64,000 nt of DNA, taken from the NCBI GenBank assembly GCA_951406725.2, contig OX597819.1, positions 32,798,001 to 32,862,000 of the forward strand, in the 5' to 3' direction. The position numbers and the translations under genes were made by a program. Of the stretch, positions 53,765 to 64,000 are shown piece after piece (position 1 is the first letter of the stretch; each line of letters begins with the position of its first letter). The notes under the pieces are model-generated. The model worked only from the letters and a program-made list of their open reading frames with translations, ran no database searches and was not told the DNA's origin. The stretch is from Octopus vulgaris (taxonomy: Eukaryota).

Positions 53765-54694
53765 ATGAAATGAGAAAATGAGACAACAAAGCCAAGGCTG
53801 TGTGTGTGTGTATAATACGGATTAGAACCTGCGAATGCCTTCTTAATATTAATAATTTTAATGTCGTTACTGTTGCACAACAAATTGTACAGCAGGAACT
53901 ACAGGGTTTATTTAAACTTTATGTTCTTTTCGCCTTTTCAGAGGTTGAGTTGGAGATATGATGGCGTAATGTTTTCGCCGTTATTGTTACAATATATGTT
54001 TAACTATTGCTTTTTATGCCACAAGTAATTTAATTGAACGGTATGTATATGTATATGTTTGGCTGTGTCTTTATATGCGAGTTGAAGTGTATGTTCCTAT
54101 TATATATTGCGTTTTAATGCGTGTAAAAAAAATACGAATTGCTGAAGAGACTATTAATGAAAAGAACTAGATTTAATTGTCTCAAAAATAATCTGACAGA
54201 ATTAGCAGAGGTCGTTACTTTCAGTGTTAGAATATCGATAAACAGATTAAGCGATCAAATATCGATCAGAGCCTAACGTCATCAAAAGGCAAAATCAAAA
54301 CAAAATGAAGGCAACTTTTGAACACACGCCTAACGATTTACAAACGATTTCCATATTAACTATTGTTGTTTTTGTTGTTTAACCCTTGGCCAAACCTGAT
54401 CGACCTGACCTATGATCAAAGTCTTTCCAGTCTTAATTATCTTATGACAGTATATCTAGGACTACGTTATCTGATGTATCTTTGTTTAAAATGGTAAGAT
54501 TTGATTTGCAGAAAATTTGTTGTTTCTAGCAGATCGATCATGCAGATCGATCATGCAGATCGATCTGGTAAGTATTAGTGATGTGGTGATAGGTTGCAGT
54601 GTAACGTATGGAGAGAGATGTAGTTCAGTGTTTGTATATATTTTGTTTTTCGGTCTGATATACTAGATCTGAATTTTTCGAAAAATTCTACAGA

Positions 54695-54876
54695 CATGGC
54701 CGTATGGTTAAGGAGCTCGCGTTGCATCCGGGTGGTTTCTGGTTCAGTTCCACTGTGCCGGATGTTGGGCATGTGTCTTCGACTGTAGCCGCGAGCTGAC
54801 CATGCCTTGTGAATGAATTAGGTCGACTGGAACTGTGCTAGCTCACCGTATGTGTGTATGAGTGTGTGTGTACGTT

Positions 54877-54909
<33 letters not shown>

Positions 54910-55090
54910 GACCTCCACCGCTTGTCAACTGGTGTTAGTTTCTTCACGTCCTCGTAAGCTAGCAGTTCGGCAAAGTACCCGATGAAACAAGTAATAGACT
55001 TACTGATAAGTAATTTCTTCGACTAAACCCTTCAAGGAGGTACCCTGCAAAACTATTATTTAATGATTGAATTAGATAAAAAGATAAAAG
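54695..55090 (+). mobile_element. SINE family A (old copy)
   Basis: TGGCCGTATGG, GGTTCAGTTCCACTG, AGCAGTTCGGCAAA, (GATAAAA)n tail. Confidence 0.75.
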
Positions 55091-55323
55091 ATATGTAAAT
55101 TTTCATTCTGATTACAAAAATTATAATGATTTTCCGGAGAAATAAATACGGTATGAGTCCTTAGAATTTTGTTGTTTTAATTCAATCAATCAGACGCAAC
55201 CAATCTCCACATGCCGGCATTCATAATTACCATATGCATCAAAGCAACACTTGCTAGAAATAGCAGAGAAATATTCCTCAAACTATTGTTGAATACTTAC
55301 TGTCTTGCTAATCAACAGCAAGT

Positions 55324-55687
55324 GGAGGTGCAATGGCCCAATGGTTAGTGCAGCGGACTCGCGGTCAGAGAATCGCGGTTTCATTTCCCAGACCGGGCGT
55401 TGTGTGTGTTTATTGAGCGAAAACACTTAAAGCTCCGCGAGGCTCCGGCAGGGGGTGGTGGCGACCTCTATTATACTCTTTCGCTCCAACTTTCTCTCAC
55501 TCTTTCTTCCTGTTTCTTGTCCCCGACTTCCTACGCAACCGCTGAGCCTGGATGCGCATTCATCCATCGGTCGATGCTCTCGGTGTCGGGGGTTGACCTG
55601 CTTTCTCTTCTGCGGGTCTTACGAATAGCAAAGGACCACGTTTCGGACTTCTCCCATCTTGCGAGCTCTGGGACGAAGAATGTTCGC
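55324..55687 (+). mobile_element. SINE family B, tail type 4
   Basis: B head; GC-rich tail unique in window; 10-bp TSD TCAACAGCAA at 55312-55321 and 55688-55697. Confidence 0.88.
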
Positions 55688-57993
55688 TCAACAGCAACAG
55701 CAACAGTAATCAACAGCAATAATGACAACACGCATCTACACCACAAAACTACTACTATCTAATGGTTATAGTGATGGCTTAGTGGTGGCGGTAGTGGTAT
55801 TGTATGTAACATCGCCTCCGTTCCTACAACCAACAACATAATACCGTCACGGCTTCTACCACCATCACTACCTGTGTGAGATAGGAAATAAACTTGTTGC
55901 ACTGTTGTAGAGGTAAGACACCCAGTAGATTTGAATGTCTCATCTAAAATGAGAGTAAATACATTTACAGGGTAATAATAAAAACCTCACATTCTTATAG
56001 CCAAGCTACAGATTTTTATTGATACTTATTGTCGTAGAAGCACTGGGCGAATTTGCATATATGCCTAAAAGTGTTCGGTTCTCCAAAATATAAGTAAACT
56101 GATTTGCATCTTTCAGATATTTATTAGTTGTAGAGCAAAAGTCTGTAAACATAAGCGTAGGAGTGACTGTGTGGCAAGTAGGTTGCTTACGAGGTCTCTG
56201 GATCTTAAATATGGATTAAATATATGCTCACAATTATATATGCATTTGGCAGACACATACATATACAATAACAAAACATATACACGTACTCGAGTACTGA
56301 AATGCAAGTGCAATCCTTATATCAGTCCAAGTTTATCCATACATGTACCTACATATATGCACACTACTTCCCAATATTTAAAAATTCCAAGAACTTGACT
56401 CAAACAAAAATATTTTATGAAGGAAAAACTTCAATCTAAAAGAAAAAAAAAAACGTTCATTCATTCATTCTATTATTTAATCTTACATACATATACTTAT
56501 ATACCTGGTTTCAATGTCGTTGGACAATAAGAAAGTATTTGAATTTTCCATTGGATGCTACAAGCCCTCCAACTTCCTAAGGTTCCAGAGAACGTAATGA
56601 AAGACATAGCTGACTAGACTTCATCCTGGGTCACCAGCTTGAAGTTTAATAAAATTGATTGACTTTATCGCTGATAAAATACAGTATCACTGAGATATTC
56701 TTTAGGGAGGCAGTCTCTCTGGGATGCGGTTCATACATTCACAAAGCCCCTGATCATTCATGCTGAGGAAATTCGAATGGTATTTCACGGGGTCACAGGG
56801 AGACAGGGGCACGAAGATAACACGCTGCTTCTTTAAAGATGACATGAAGTATGTCAGAAACATATATATGAAAAACAGTACTATGCCTGAATACATATTT
56901 TCAAAAGATATACGGATGGAGTTTGATCAGGTTAAATGTTCTTCTGTGACTGTGAAATGAGGGAAAACTAAACCAGACTATAGTAGCATTTCCATCAATG
57001 ACTTGATTGTTTCTTCGATGTCTGACGAGGACAGGTACCCAGGGATAGATGAAAATAATTCTCTGTGACAAGGAACGCGTCACTAAGAAATAAAGCAGCC
57101 ATATAAGAAAAATATGGACCTCAGGACTCTGTGCATAAAATAAAACAGTGGCTCACGGTATTTTTGCAGCACTTGCACAAAAACCACGATTTAGGCAACT
57201 CGATTGGACATTTGAGGAGATCTGAGCCATTGATGCGAAAATCCGAATGAAACTAAGCAGCACAAACCATTTTCAGATCAACAGTGATGTAGACTGCATA
57301 TTTCTAAAATGAACACAAGGAGGCAGAGACTTAACATCGATTCAGACAGCTTTTGAATGCCACATATCTATTCGGTAACAACTTTTAACCACCAAGAGTC
57401 AAAGAAGAGCATCTACTGACTGAATTTGCATACAGGCGAGAGATAACCTCATGGGACTTGGAAAGCAGCTCTTCGAGAAATATTCCCCGTAGTCACGCAT
57501 TAATACACTAAAACTCCAGGATGACAGTAGTATTGATAATCTAAAAACTCCAACTTGGATCAACGATCGGTTCACTAAATCTCACTTTGAATGGTATGCG
57601 TTTTCAATCCAGTAACTGTATGTAGCAACCAAATTCATGATGCACAGAAGAGAGACAAAGAAAAACACTGCAATGCAATTACCGATAAACACTGCAATGC
57701 AATTACCGATACAGACTTTGTGGAGCTAAGACCGTAGATATCACCGTCATCATAAGCAATTGTCCAAACATTGCGTTATTATTAACACATGGGACATGAT
57801 GTTGTGGCCAAATCACTAAATAGTGATTTGTATATACAATGAAATCATTTGGCAGGATAGTCCTAATACCAAAGATATAAGAGTGCACAGCGCGGCAAAC
57901 ACCGTAACTATTAATATTTATAATATGAAATTTATAATACCGGTGGAATGCCCAGTGAAAACCTCAATAAATGCAAACATAACAGATAAAAAG

Positions 57994-58062
57994 ACATTGA
58001 TTTAGTACAGACGTTGATTTAGTACAGACAATGATTTAGTACAGACATTGATTTAGTACAGA
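57994..58062. repeat. 17-bp minisatellite x4 (GACATTGATTTAGTACA)
   Basis: Read directly; a 24-bp duplication also lies at ~57663-57710. Confidence 0.9.
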
Positions 58063-58152
58063 ACAAAGTGTAGAGTAATCGGGGATCAGCAGATGTCAAC
58101 ATAAAGCTTAAGATTGGCAAAAAGAAAATACCTACAGTAAATTGTTGGGGGT

Positions 58153-58452
58153 GGAGGCACATGGCCTAGTGGTTAGAACCACGAACTCGCGGTCGAGGGA
58201 TCGCGGGTTCGAACGTCAGGCCAGACGATGTGTGTGTTTATGAGCAAAACACTTAAGCTCCACGCTGCTCCGGCAGAAGGTAAATGCGAACTTTTGCTGA
58301 CTCTTTCGCCACAACTTTCTCTCACTCTTTCCTCCTGCATCTTGCAGCTCACCTGCGACGGACCGGCGTCCCGTCCAGGTGGGGAAACTATACTCCAATG
58401 AAACCAGGAAACCGGCCCTTATGAGCCAAGCATGGCTCGAGAAGGAACAAAC
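58153..58452 (+). mobile_element. SINE family B-related, tail type 3
   Basis: 12-bp TSD AAATTGTTGGGG at 58139-58150 and 58453-58464. Confidence 0.88.
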
Positions 58453-58683
58453 AAATTGTTGGGGACTACAAGTTTAAAGTTATACGTGTAATTATTGACT
58501 CCCTTGGATAAGTAACCAAAATTAGGATTCTCAAAACCAGCAAGGTGAAAGCGAATTAGAAGACTACAGGTATAAGCCATCAATGGAACTGTGAATGTAT
58601 GAAAAAAATTAAATTACAAACGTTCAATATATAAGTACATGCATGCACATGTCATTTCTTGCAGCTATATATATATAAGTATA

Positions 58684-59055
58684 GGAGGCGCAATGGCCCA
58701 GTGGTTAGGGCAGCGGATTCGCGGTCGTAGGATCGCGGTTTCGATTCCCAGACCGGGGGTTGTGAGTGTTTATTGAGGGAAAACACCTAAGGCTCCACGA
58801 GGCTCCGGTGGTGATCCCTGCTGTACTCTTTCACCACAACTTTCTCTCACTCTTACTTCCTGTTTCTGTTGTACCTATATTTCAAAGGGCCGGCCTTGTC
58901 ACTCTCTGTGTCACGCTGAATATCCCCGAGAACTACGTTAAGGGTACACGTGTCTGTGGAGTGCTCAGCCACTTACACGTTAATTTTACGAGCAGGCTGT
59001 TCCGTTGATCGGATCAACTGGAACCCTCGTCGTCGTAACCGACGGAGTGCTTCCA
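58684..59055 (+). mobile_element. SINE family B, tail type 1
   Basis: 11-bp TSD ATATAAGTATA at 58673-58683 and 59059-59069. Confidence 0.93.
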
Positions 59056-59491
59056 CAAATATAAGTATACATACATATGTCAGGATATACAGATTTGCTC
59101 TCATAACACAAACATGCGCAAGTAGCTCGTTGATATTATAGAAATTCCAATGAAAGGGTTTGGGATCTAGCTTAGAAACCAGCTCTTTCTTCACATACAT
59201 ATATTCATGCATATATTTTACTGATTAAGTTACACTTTTAACAAGACTCTCGTTTCCATTTAAACAGTAGTATTATTGCTAAGTCGTAAGAGCATTTCTT
59301 TTACATTTTCAAATATGTACGTATGTGTATGTGCGTGTGCTCGCGCGCGCCTTTGTATGTGAGTGTGGGTAACATAGAGATAGATTGTGTATGCATTATG
59401 TAGGAGAGGGTAGTGTTAGAGAGAATATGTGTGCGTGTACCTATCTATCAGTCAATCTAGTTATCAATCAATCAATCAAGCAATTAATCAG

Positions 59492-59567
<76 letters not shown>

Positions 59568-59679
59568 CTTAACTGACTGTCTAGCAGTCTGTCTAATTGC
59601 ATATATGTACCAGCGTATCTATGTGAGTCTCGGTACAAACGTGTGAGAGTGTGGTTGTGATTTGTATGAACGTATATAT

Positions 59680-59840
59680 CTGAGTACAAATTCCGCCGAG
59701 GTCGACTTTGCCTTTCATCCTTTCGGGGTCGATAAATTAAGTACCAGTTACGCACTCGAGTCGATGTAATCGACTTAAATATTGTTTGTCTGTCCTTGTT
59801 TGTCCTCTCTATGTTTAGCCCTTTGTGGGTAATACAGAAA
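59680..59840 (+). mobile_element. 5'-truncated SINE family D
   Basis: Matches 40024-40182. Confidence 0.88.
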
Positions 59841-59864
59841 CATATATATGTACAAAAACTCATA

Positions 59865-60338
59865 CCGTAAATCCGCGAGTATAGTCCGCCCTTGAGTATA
59901 CTACGCAGGGGACTTTTAGGGGGCTGTACCTCTGAAAAACCTAAACCTTGTGTATAATACGCACCCCTTCTCTAACTCGAGTCAAGGAGGTCTACATAAC
60001 GTCCTTGGTTTGTAAAAATGTATACAGTAACGTTCTTTATTATTATTGTATATATAACATAATGCAAACATGTATTTTTTTGTGTATTTTGTTTTGCAGA
60101 AAATAAAGGAATAACAGTAATAAAGTTTAATAAATGTTGCTAACTGCAAGTGATTGAAGGTATTTTCGCGCCCGACATCACAAAACGCGTTTGAATAAAC
60201 ATTGCCGGACAGCAAATAGAGACTCGGACATTGCATGGAAAATAATTTTCATTTTTAACCTCGTATATAGTACGAACTAAGAATTTTGACCTTTAAATTT
60301 TTTGGGGAAAAATGCGGATTATACTCGAAGATTTACGG
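59865..60338. mobile_element. Tc1/pogo-type MITE
   Basis: TIRs CCGTAAATCCGCGAGTATAGTCCGC vs GCGGATTATACTCGAAGATTTACGG; TA TSD; second copy 62918-63438. Confidence 0.87.
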
Positions 60339-60387
60339 TATACAGAAGTAGCACAGATATGTAAGCAGTCACTATTATTATTGAATA

Positions 60388-60437
<50 letters not shown>

Positions 60438-60979
60438 TGGTCAGAAAAGTGCATCAATGTGAGAATGTCCTTGTCTGTGACTGTGAGTGGTTAAGTGCTT
60501 TCGGCGTCTAATGACTTATCACATTAACACTGTCCCACCGCCTCTTGTCAATTGCAATCTATATATAGCCATTCAAGCTGAAAACCGATTCAAACCAAAC
60601 TTCACACTCTTCCTGTTTTTCTTTTTTAACAGTTCTTTCTTTTTTTTCTTTCTTTCTTTCTTTCTTTCTTTCTTTTCGTTGTGTGTCGTTCAAAAAAAAA
60701 AATGGTGACAATAAGGTTTGCAATGTATTATACTATAATAATGAAGAAAATGCGCTTGCTTTCAGGGTCATAAGTATCAGATTTGCTTGTAATTTTTTTT
60801 TTTTTGCGTGCTTATAGGCTTATATAGAACACCACATAGAAACATTTTACCGTGTCATTGCGTTGTTTAATTTGGAAATAATGAGCACACATACAAAACA
60901 AAAACGGACGTTGAATTTTAAGTATTACACACACAAACACACACTCACACGCACATACATATGTACGCACCTACGCACC

Positions 60980-61012
<33 letters not shown>

Positions 61013-61063
61013 TATATATAATATATATGTATATACGTATATATATATATATTATATATGTTA

Positions 61064-61458
61064 CTAGCAGTATCACCCGGCGTTGCTCGGGTTTGTAAGG
61101 GAAATAACTATATAAGCATTTTTAGAGAGTTATAGCCAAAAAATAGTAAAAAAATGCATTGAAAATGGGGAAAAAATGATGGTAAATTTTTTTAAATCGT
61201 TGACTCATCGTAGACATTTTTAGAGAGTTACTTCCCTTATATAATAGCGAAAAAATGCATTAAAATAAAAAAAATGATGGTAAATTATTTTTAAAATCGT
61301 AGACTCATCGTAGACGCGCGCTAATACCCAGAAGGGCTCGATATGAATCACGACTATAAGATACCCGGTTTTGGTTAAACTGCACCGCAAAATGTGGGAG
61401 TAGTTAGGAATCTAAATCGTAGGAGACAGGCACTCAACTTCACTTTTATATATAAAGA
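61064..61458 (-). mobile_element. Non-autonomous Helitron (second copy)
   Basis: Near identical to 30324-30719; A|TC...hairpin-CTAG|T. Confidence 0.88.
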
Positions 61459-61600
61459 TATATGCATATCATTATCATTTTTATCGTTGTATAGACCAAA
61501 CCATTGGATGTGGTTAGACACCGATGGGCACAATGTGCTTCCTTGCGTTTCTTTAGCTTTCAAAGGGTGTCCCACCGCTGGCGAAGCGGACAGGCTTATA

Positions 61601-61745
61601 TATAATATAATATAATATAATATAATATAATATAATATAATATGATATAATATAATATAATATAATATAATATAATATAATATAATATGATATAATATAA
61701 TATAATATAATATAATATAATATAATATAATGTAATATAATATGT
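61601..61745. repeat. (ATATA)n pentanucleotide repeat
   Basis: Read directly. Confidence 0.95.
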
Positions 61746-61905
61746 TATATTGTATTATATCATATTAACATAGAAACATAAGGATGCAAACAAACACGTT
61801 TGAGCTTGATATATATAATATACATACATACATATATGCATATATACACGTTTCATGTTATTTGCACCGTTGGTGATCCCCTGTACCCATATATGCTTGT
61901 ATATA

Positions 61906-61962
<57 letters not shown>

Positions 61963-62008
61963 TAGTTATTTATTATTTAATTGAACGCGACGCATCCATT
62001 TCCAAATA

Positions 62009-62075
<67 letters not shown>

Positions 62076-62234
62076 TCATTCAACGCTCGAAAAAGAGGGG
62101 TAGATGGACAGCCGACAACTGATGAAGGGTCGTTCTAATGTTACTTGTCCTGTTTTCTATTTGTTTCGTTGCTTGTGAACTGAACTCATTTGCTTTCGTT
62201 TTTCATGTTGTTTACGGTTTGTGACGTCCTGTAC

Positions 62235-62281
<47 letters not shown>

Positions 62282-62343
62282 TGTGTGTATGTATGTAAGT
62301 ATATATATATTTATATATAATATATATATAGATATATACACTA

Positions 62344-62390
<47 letters not shown>

Positions 62391-62409
62391 AATATGCATG
62401 TATATATAT

Positions 62410-62827
62410 TCTTTTACTTGTTTCAGTCATTTGACTGCAGCCATGCTGGAGTACCGCCTTAGAGAGTTTTTAGTCAAAGAAATCGCCCCCAGGACTTATT
62501 CTTTGTAAGCCTAGTACCTATTCTGTCGGTTTCTTTTGCAGAACCGCTAGGTTACTCTGACATAAACTCACCAGTATCGGTTGTCATAGGATGGAAGGAA
62601 GACAAACGCACATAAACAAACAAACAGACACACGCACACACACACACACGTATGCAAGCGCGCACACACACATGTATATATGACGAGCTTCTCTCAGTTT
62701 GTGTCTGCCAAATCCACAAACAAAGCTTTGGTCGTCCCAAAGCTATAGTAGAAGACGCCCAATGTGCCATGCAGTGGGACTGAACCCGGAACTATATGGT
62801 TGGGAAGCGAGTTTCTTACCACACAGT
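62410..62827 (-). mobile_element. SINE family A (older copy)
   Basis: Diverged reverse complement of 11-420. Confidence 0.87.
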
Positions 62828-62917
62828 TATATACGTCTAAATATATACATAGGGATATATAGAGAAAAGCAAAAACTAAAAGTATTGAGAAGCTGTACAG
62901 TCATGTATAAACTTATA

Positions 62918-63438
62918 CCGTAAATTTTCGAGTATTGTCCGCCATTGAGTAAAATACGCAGGGGATTTTTAGGGGGCTATACCTCTGAAAAGCCTAAACC
63001 TTGTGTATAAAACGCACTCCTTCTATAACTTGAGTCGTGCGTAATTAAGCCAGCACACCTAGTCGAACAAACACTTCCGCGCATGCGTAATACAATAATG
63101 GTGATGTTCTTAACTGTTATATGGGAATGTAAATATGTTTGCAAATTGTTTTTGTTACATGTTATTCTGTGTTCTGAATACTTTTATTTTAATAAATGTT
63201 GCTTACTGCAAGTTACAGATGATTCTTTTATGACTTCATTGCTTTCAGGCTTAGCTTAAGGTATTTTCGCGCCCGACATCACAAAACGCGTCTGAATAAA
63301 CATTGCCGGACAGCAAATAGAGACTTGGACATTGCTTAGAAAATATTTTTTATTTTTAATTTCGTATATAGTACGCACTAGGGATTTTGACCTTTAAATA
63401 TTGGGAAAAAAATGCAGATTATACTCGAGGATTTGCGG
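62918..63438. mobile_element. Tc1/pogo-type MITE (second copy)
   Basis: Homologous to 59865-60338; TA flanks. Confidence 0.87.
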
Positions 63439-63439
63439 T

Positions 63440-63493
<54 letters not shown>

Positions 63494-63574
63494 AGGTCCC
63501 GGGTTGAGTCGGGGTTAACCACAGTAAATAAGGTACTCAATACATAGCAGAGTAAATTAATTTATTATATAGAA

Positions 63575-63628
63575 GGAGCTTCTACAGGACTAGAACTGTT
63601 TCATTCAAAAGAAATCATCAGGAGCTTC
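63575..63628 (-). ncRNA. Type I hammerhead ribozyme candidate, canonical core
   Basis: AGCTC-CTGATGA-T-TTC(tttt)GAA-T-GAA-ACAG(ttctagtc)CTGT-A^GAAGCT; stem I has one bulge. Confidence 0.65.
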
Positions 63629-63675
63629 TTGATGATTTCTTTTGAATGAAACAGCTCTAGTCCTGTAGAAGCTCC
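63621..63675 (+). ncRNA. Type I hammerhead ribozyme candidate with C3>U
   Basis: GGAGCTTC-TTGATGA-T-TTC(tttt)GAA-T-GAA-ACAG(ctctagtc)CTGT-A^GAAGCTCC; perfect 8-bp stem I. Confidence 0.6.
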
Positions 63676-63684
63676 TTCTATATA

Positions 63685-63733
<49 letters not shown>

Positions 63734-64000
63734 CTGAATAGATTTACATGAAACGCAAAGAAGAGGAAACTAAGGGGACACCAATCTCTCCACCCTGAAG
63801 ACAGATCCTAGATTTACAGTAAAATTCATATGCATCCACTACTAGCTGCATATTCTTGACTTTCTGCAACACTGTTTCTGCCAATCTCGCAACTTTATTT
63901 ACAAGTGCCCAGAAACAGCTGTCGGATCTCAGATAACATGCCCTCTCCCATTAATTATCTATATCTTTTGTATTCCATGTAAATATTTGAATATCTACAT

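Larger units (their letters stand above)
56530..58620 (+). mobile_element. Decayed R4/Dong-clade LINE (RT domain to C-terminus)
   Basis: KITRCFFKDDMKY (YMDD-equivalent), FSKDIRMEFDQVKC, DWTFEEI*AIDAKIR, QGGRDL; split by the SINE at 58153-58452. Confidence 0.72.
63492..63690. mobile_element. Probable Penelope-like inverted pLTR relic
   Basis: Repeat shared with 12874-12936; ends in a 131-bp palindrome carrying hammerhead motifs; (TA)n/(TG)n flanks. Confidence 0.65.

Noticed and set aside
57994-58062. Short direct repeats (also 54529-54566 and 32200-32250) as a possible CRISPR array
   Set aside because: Contiguous tandem units with no unique spacers, no cas genes, eukaryotic context
62070-62240. 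CTGATGA at 62119 in a Penelope-like end
   Set aside because: No downstream stem II or GAAA; no hammerhead can be folded
63795-63930. GAAACAGCTGTC (hammerhead-like stem III) with a distant CTGAAGA
   Set aside because: About 110 nt apart with no stem II and only a 2-bp stem I

Overview
AT-rich, extremely repeat-dense eukaryotic DNA. The tRNA-derived SINE families and the very dense (TA)n/(TAA)n/(TCTA)n microsatellites look like a coleoid cephalopod, most likely Octopus (inference from recognised repeat families, not a database search). I cannot support any intact host protein-coding gene, tRNA, rRNA or CRISPR array, and most ORFs in the track are microsatellite or SINE artefacts. The window looks intergenic or deep-intronic. 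It holds about 35 SINE copies from four head types (my labels A-D) that exchange modules; decayed LINEs (R4/Dong x4, CR1/L2-like, RTE-like); Penelope-like ends; DNA transposon relics (mariner, maT/Tc1-like, hAT-Charlie, Chapaev3-like); Helitrons; and several MITE/foldback elements. The best signals are a 131-bp palindrome encoding a hammerhead-ribozyme fold on each strand (63560-63690), four other hammerhead relics, a SINE inserted antisense into the head of its own relative, and one SINE head joined to four different tails.
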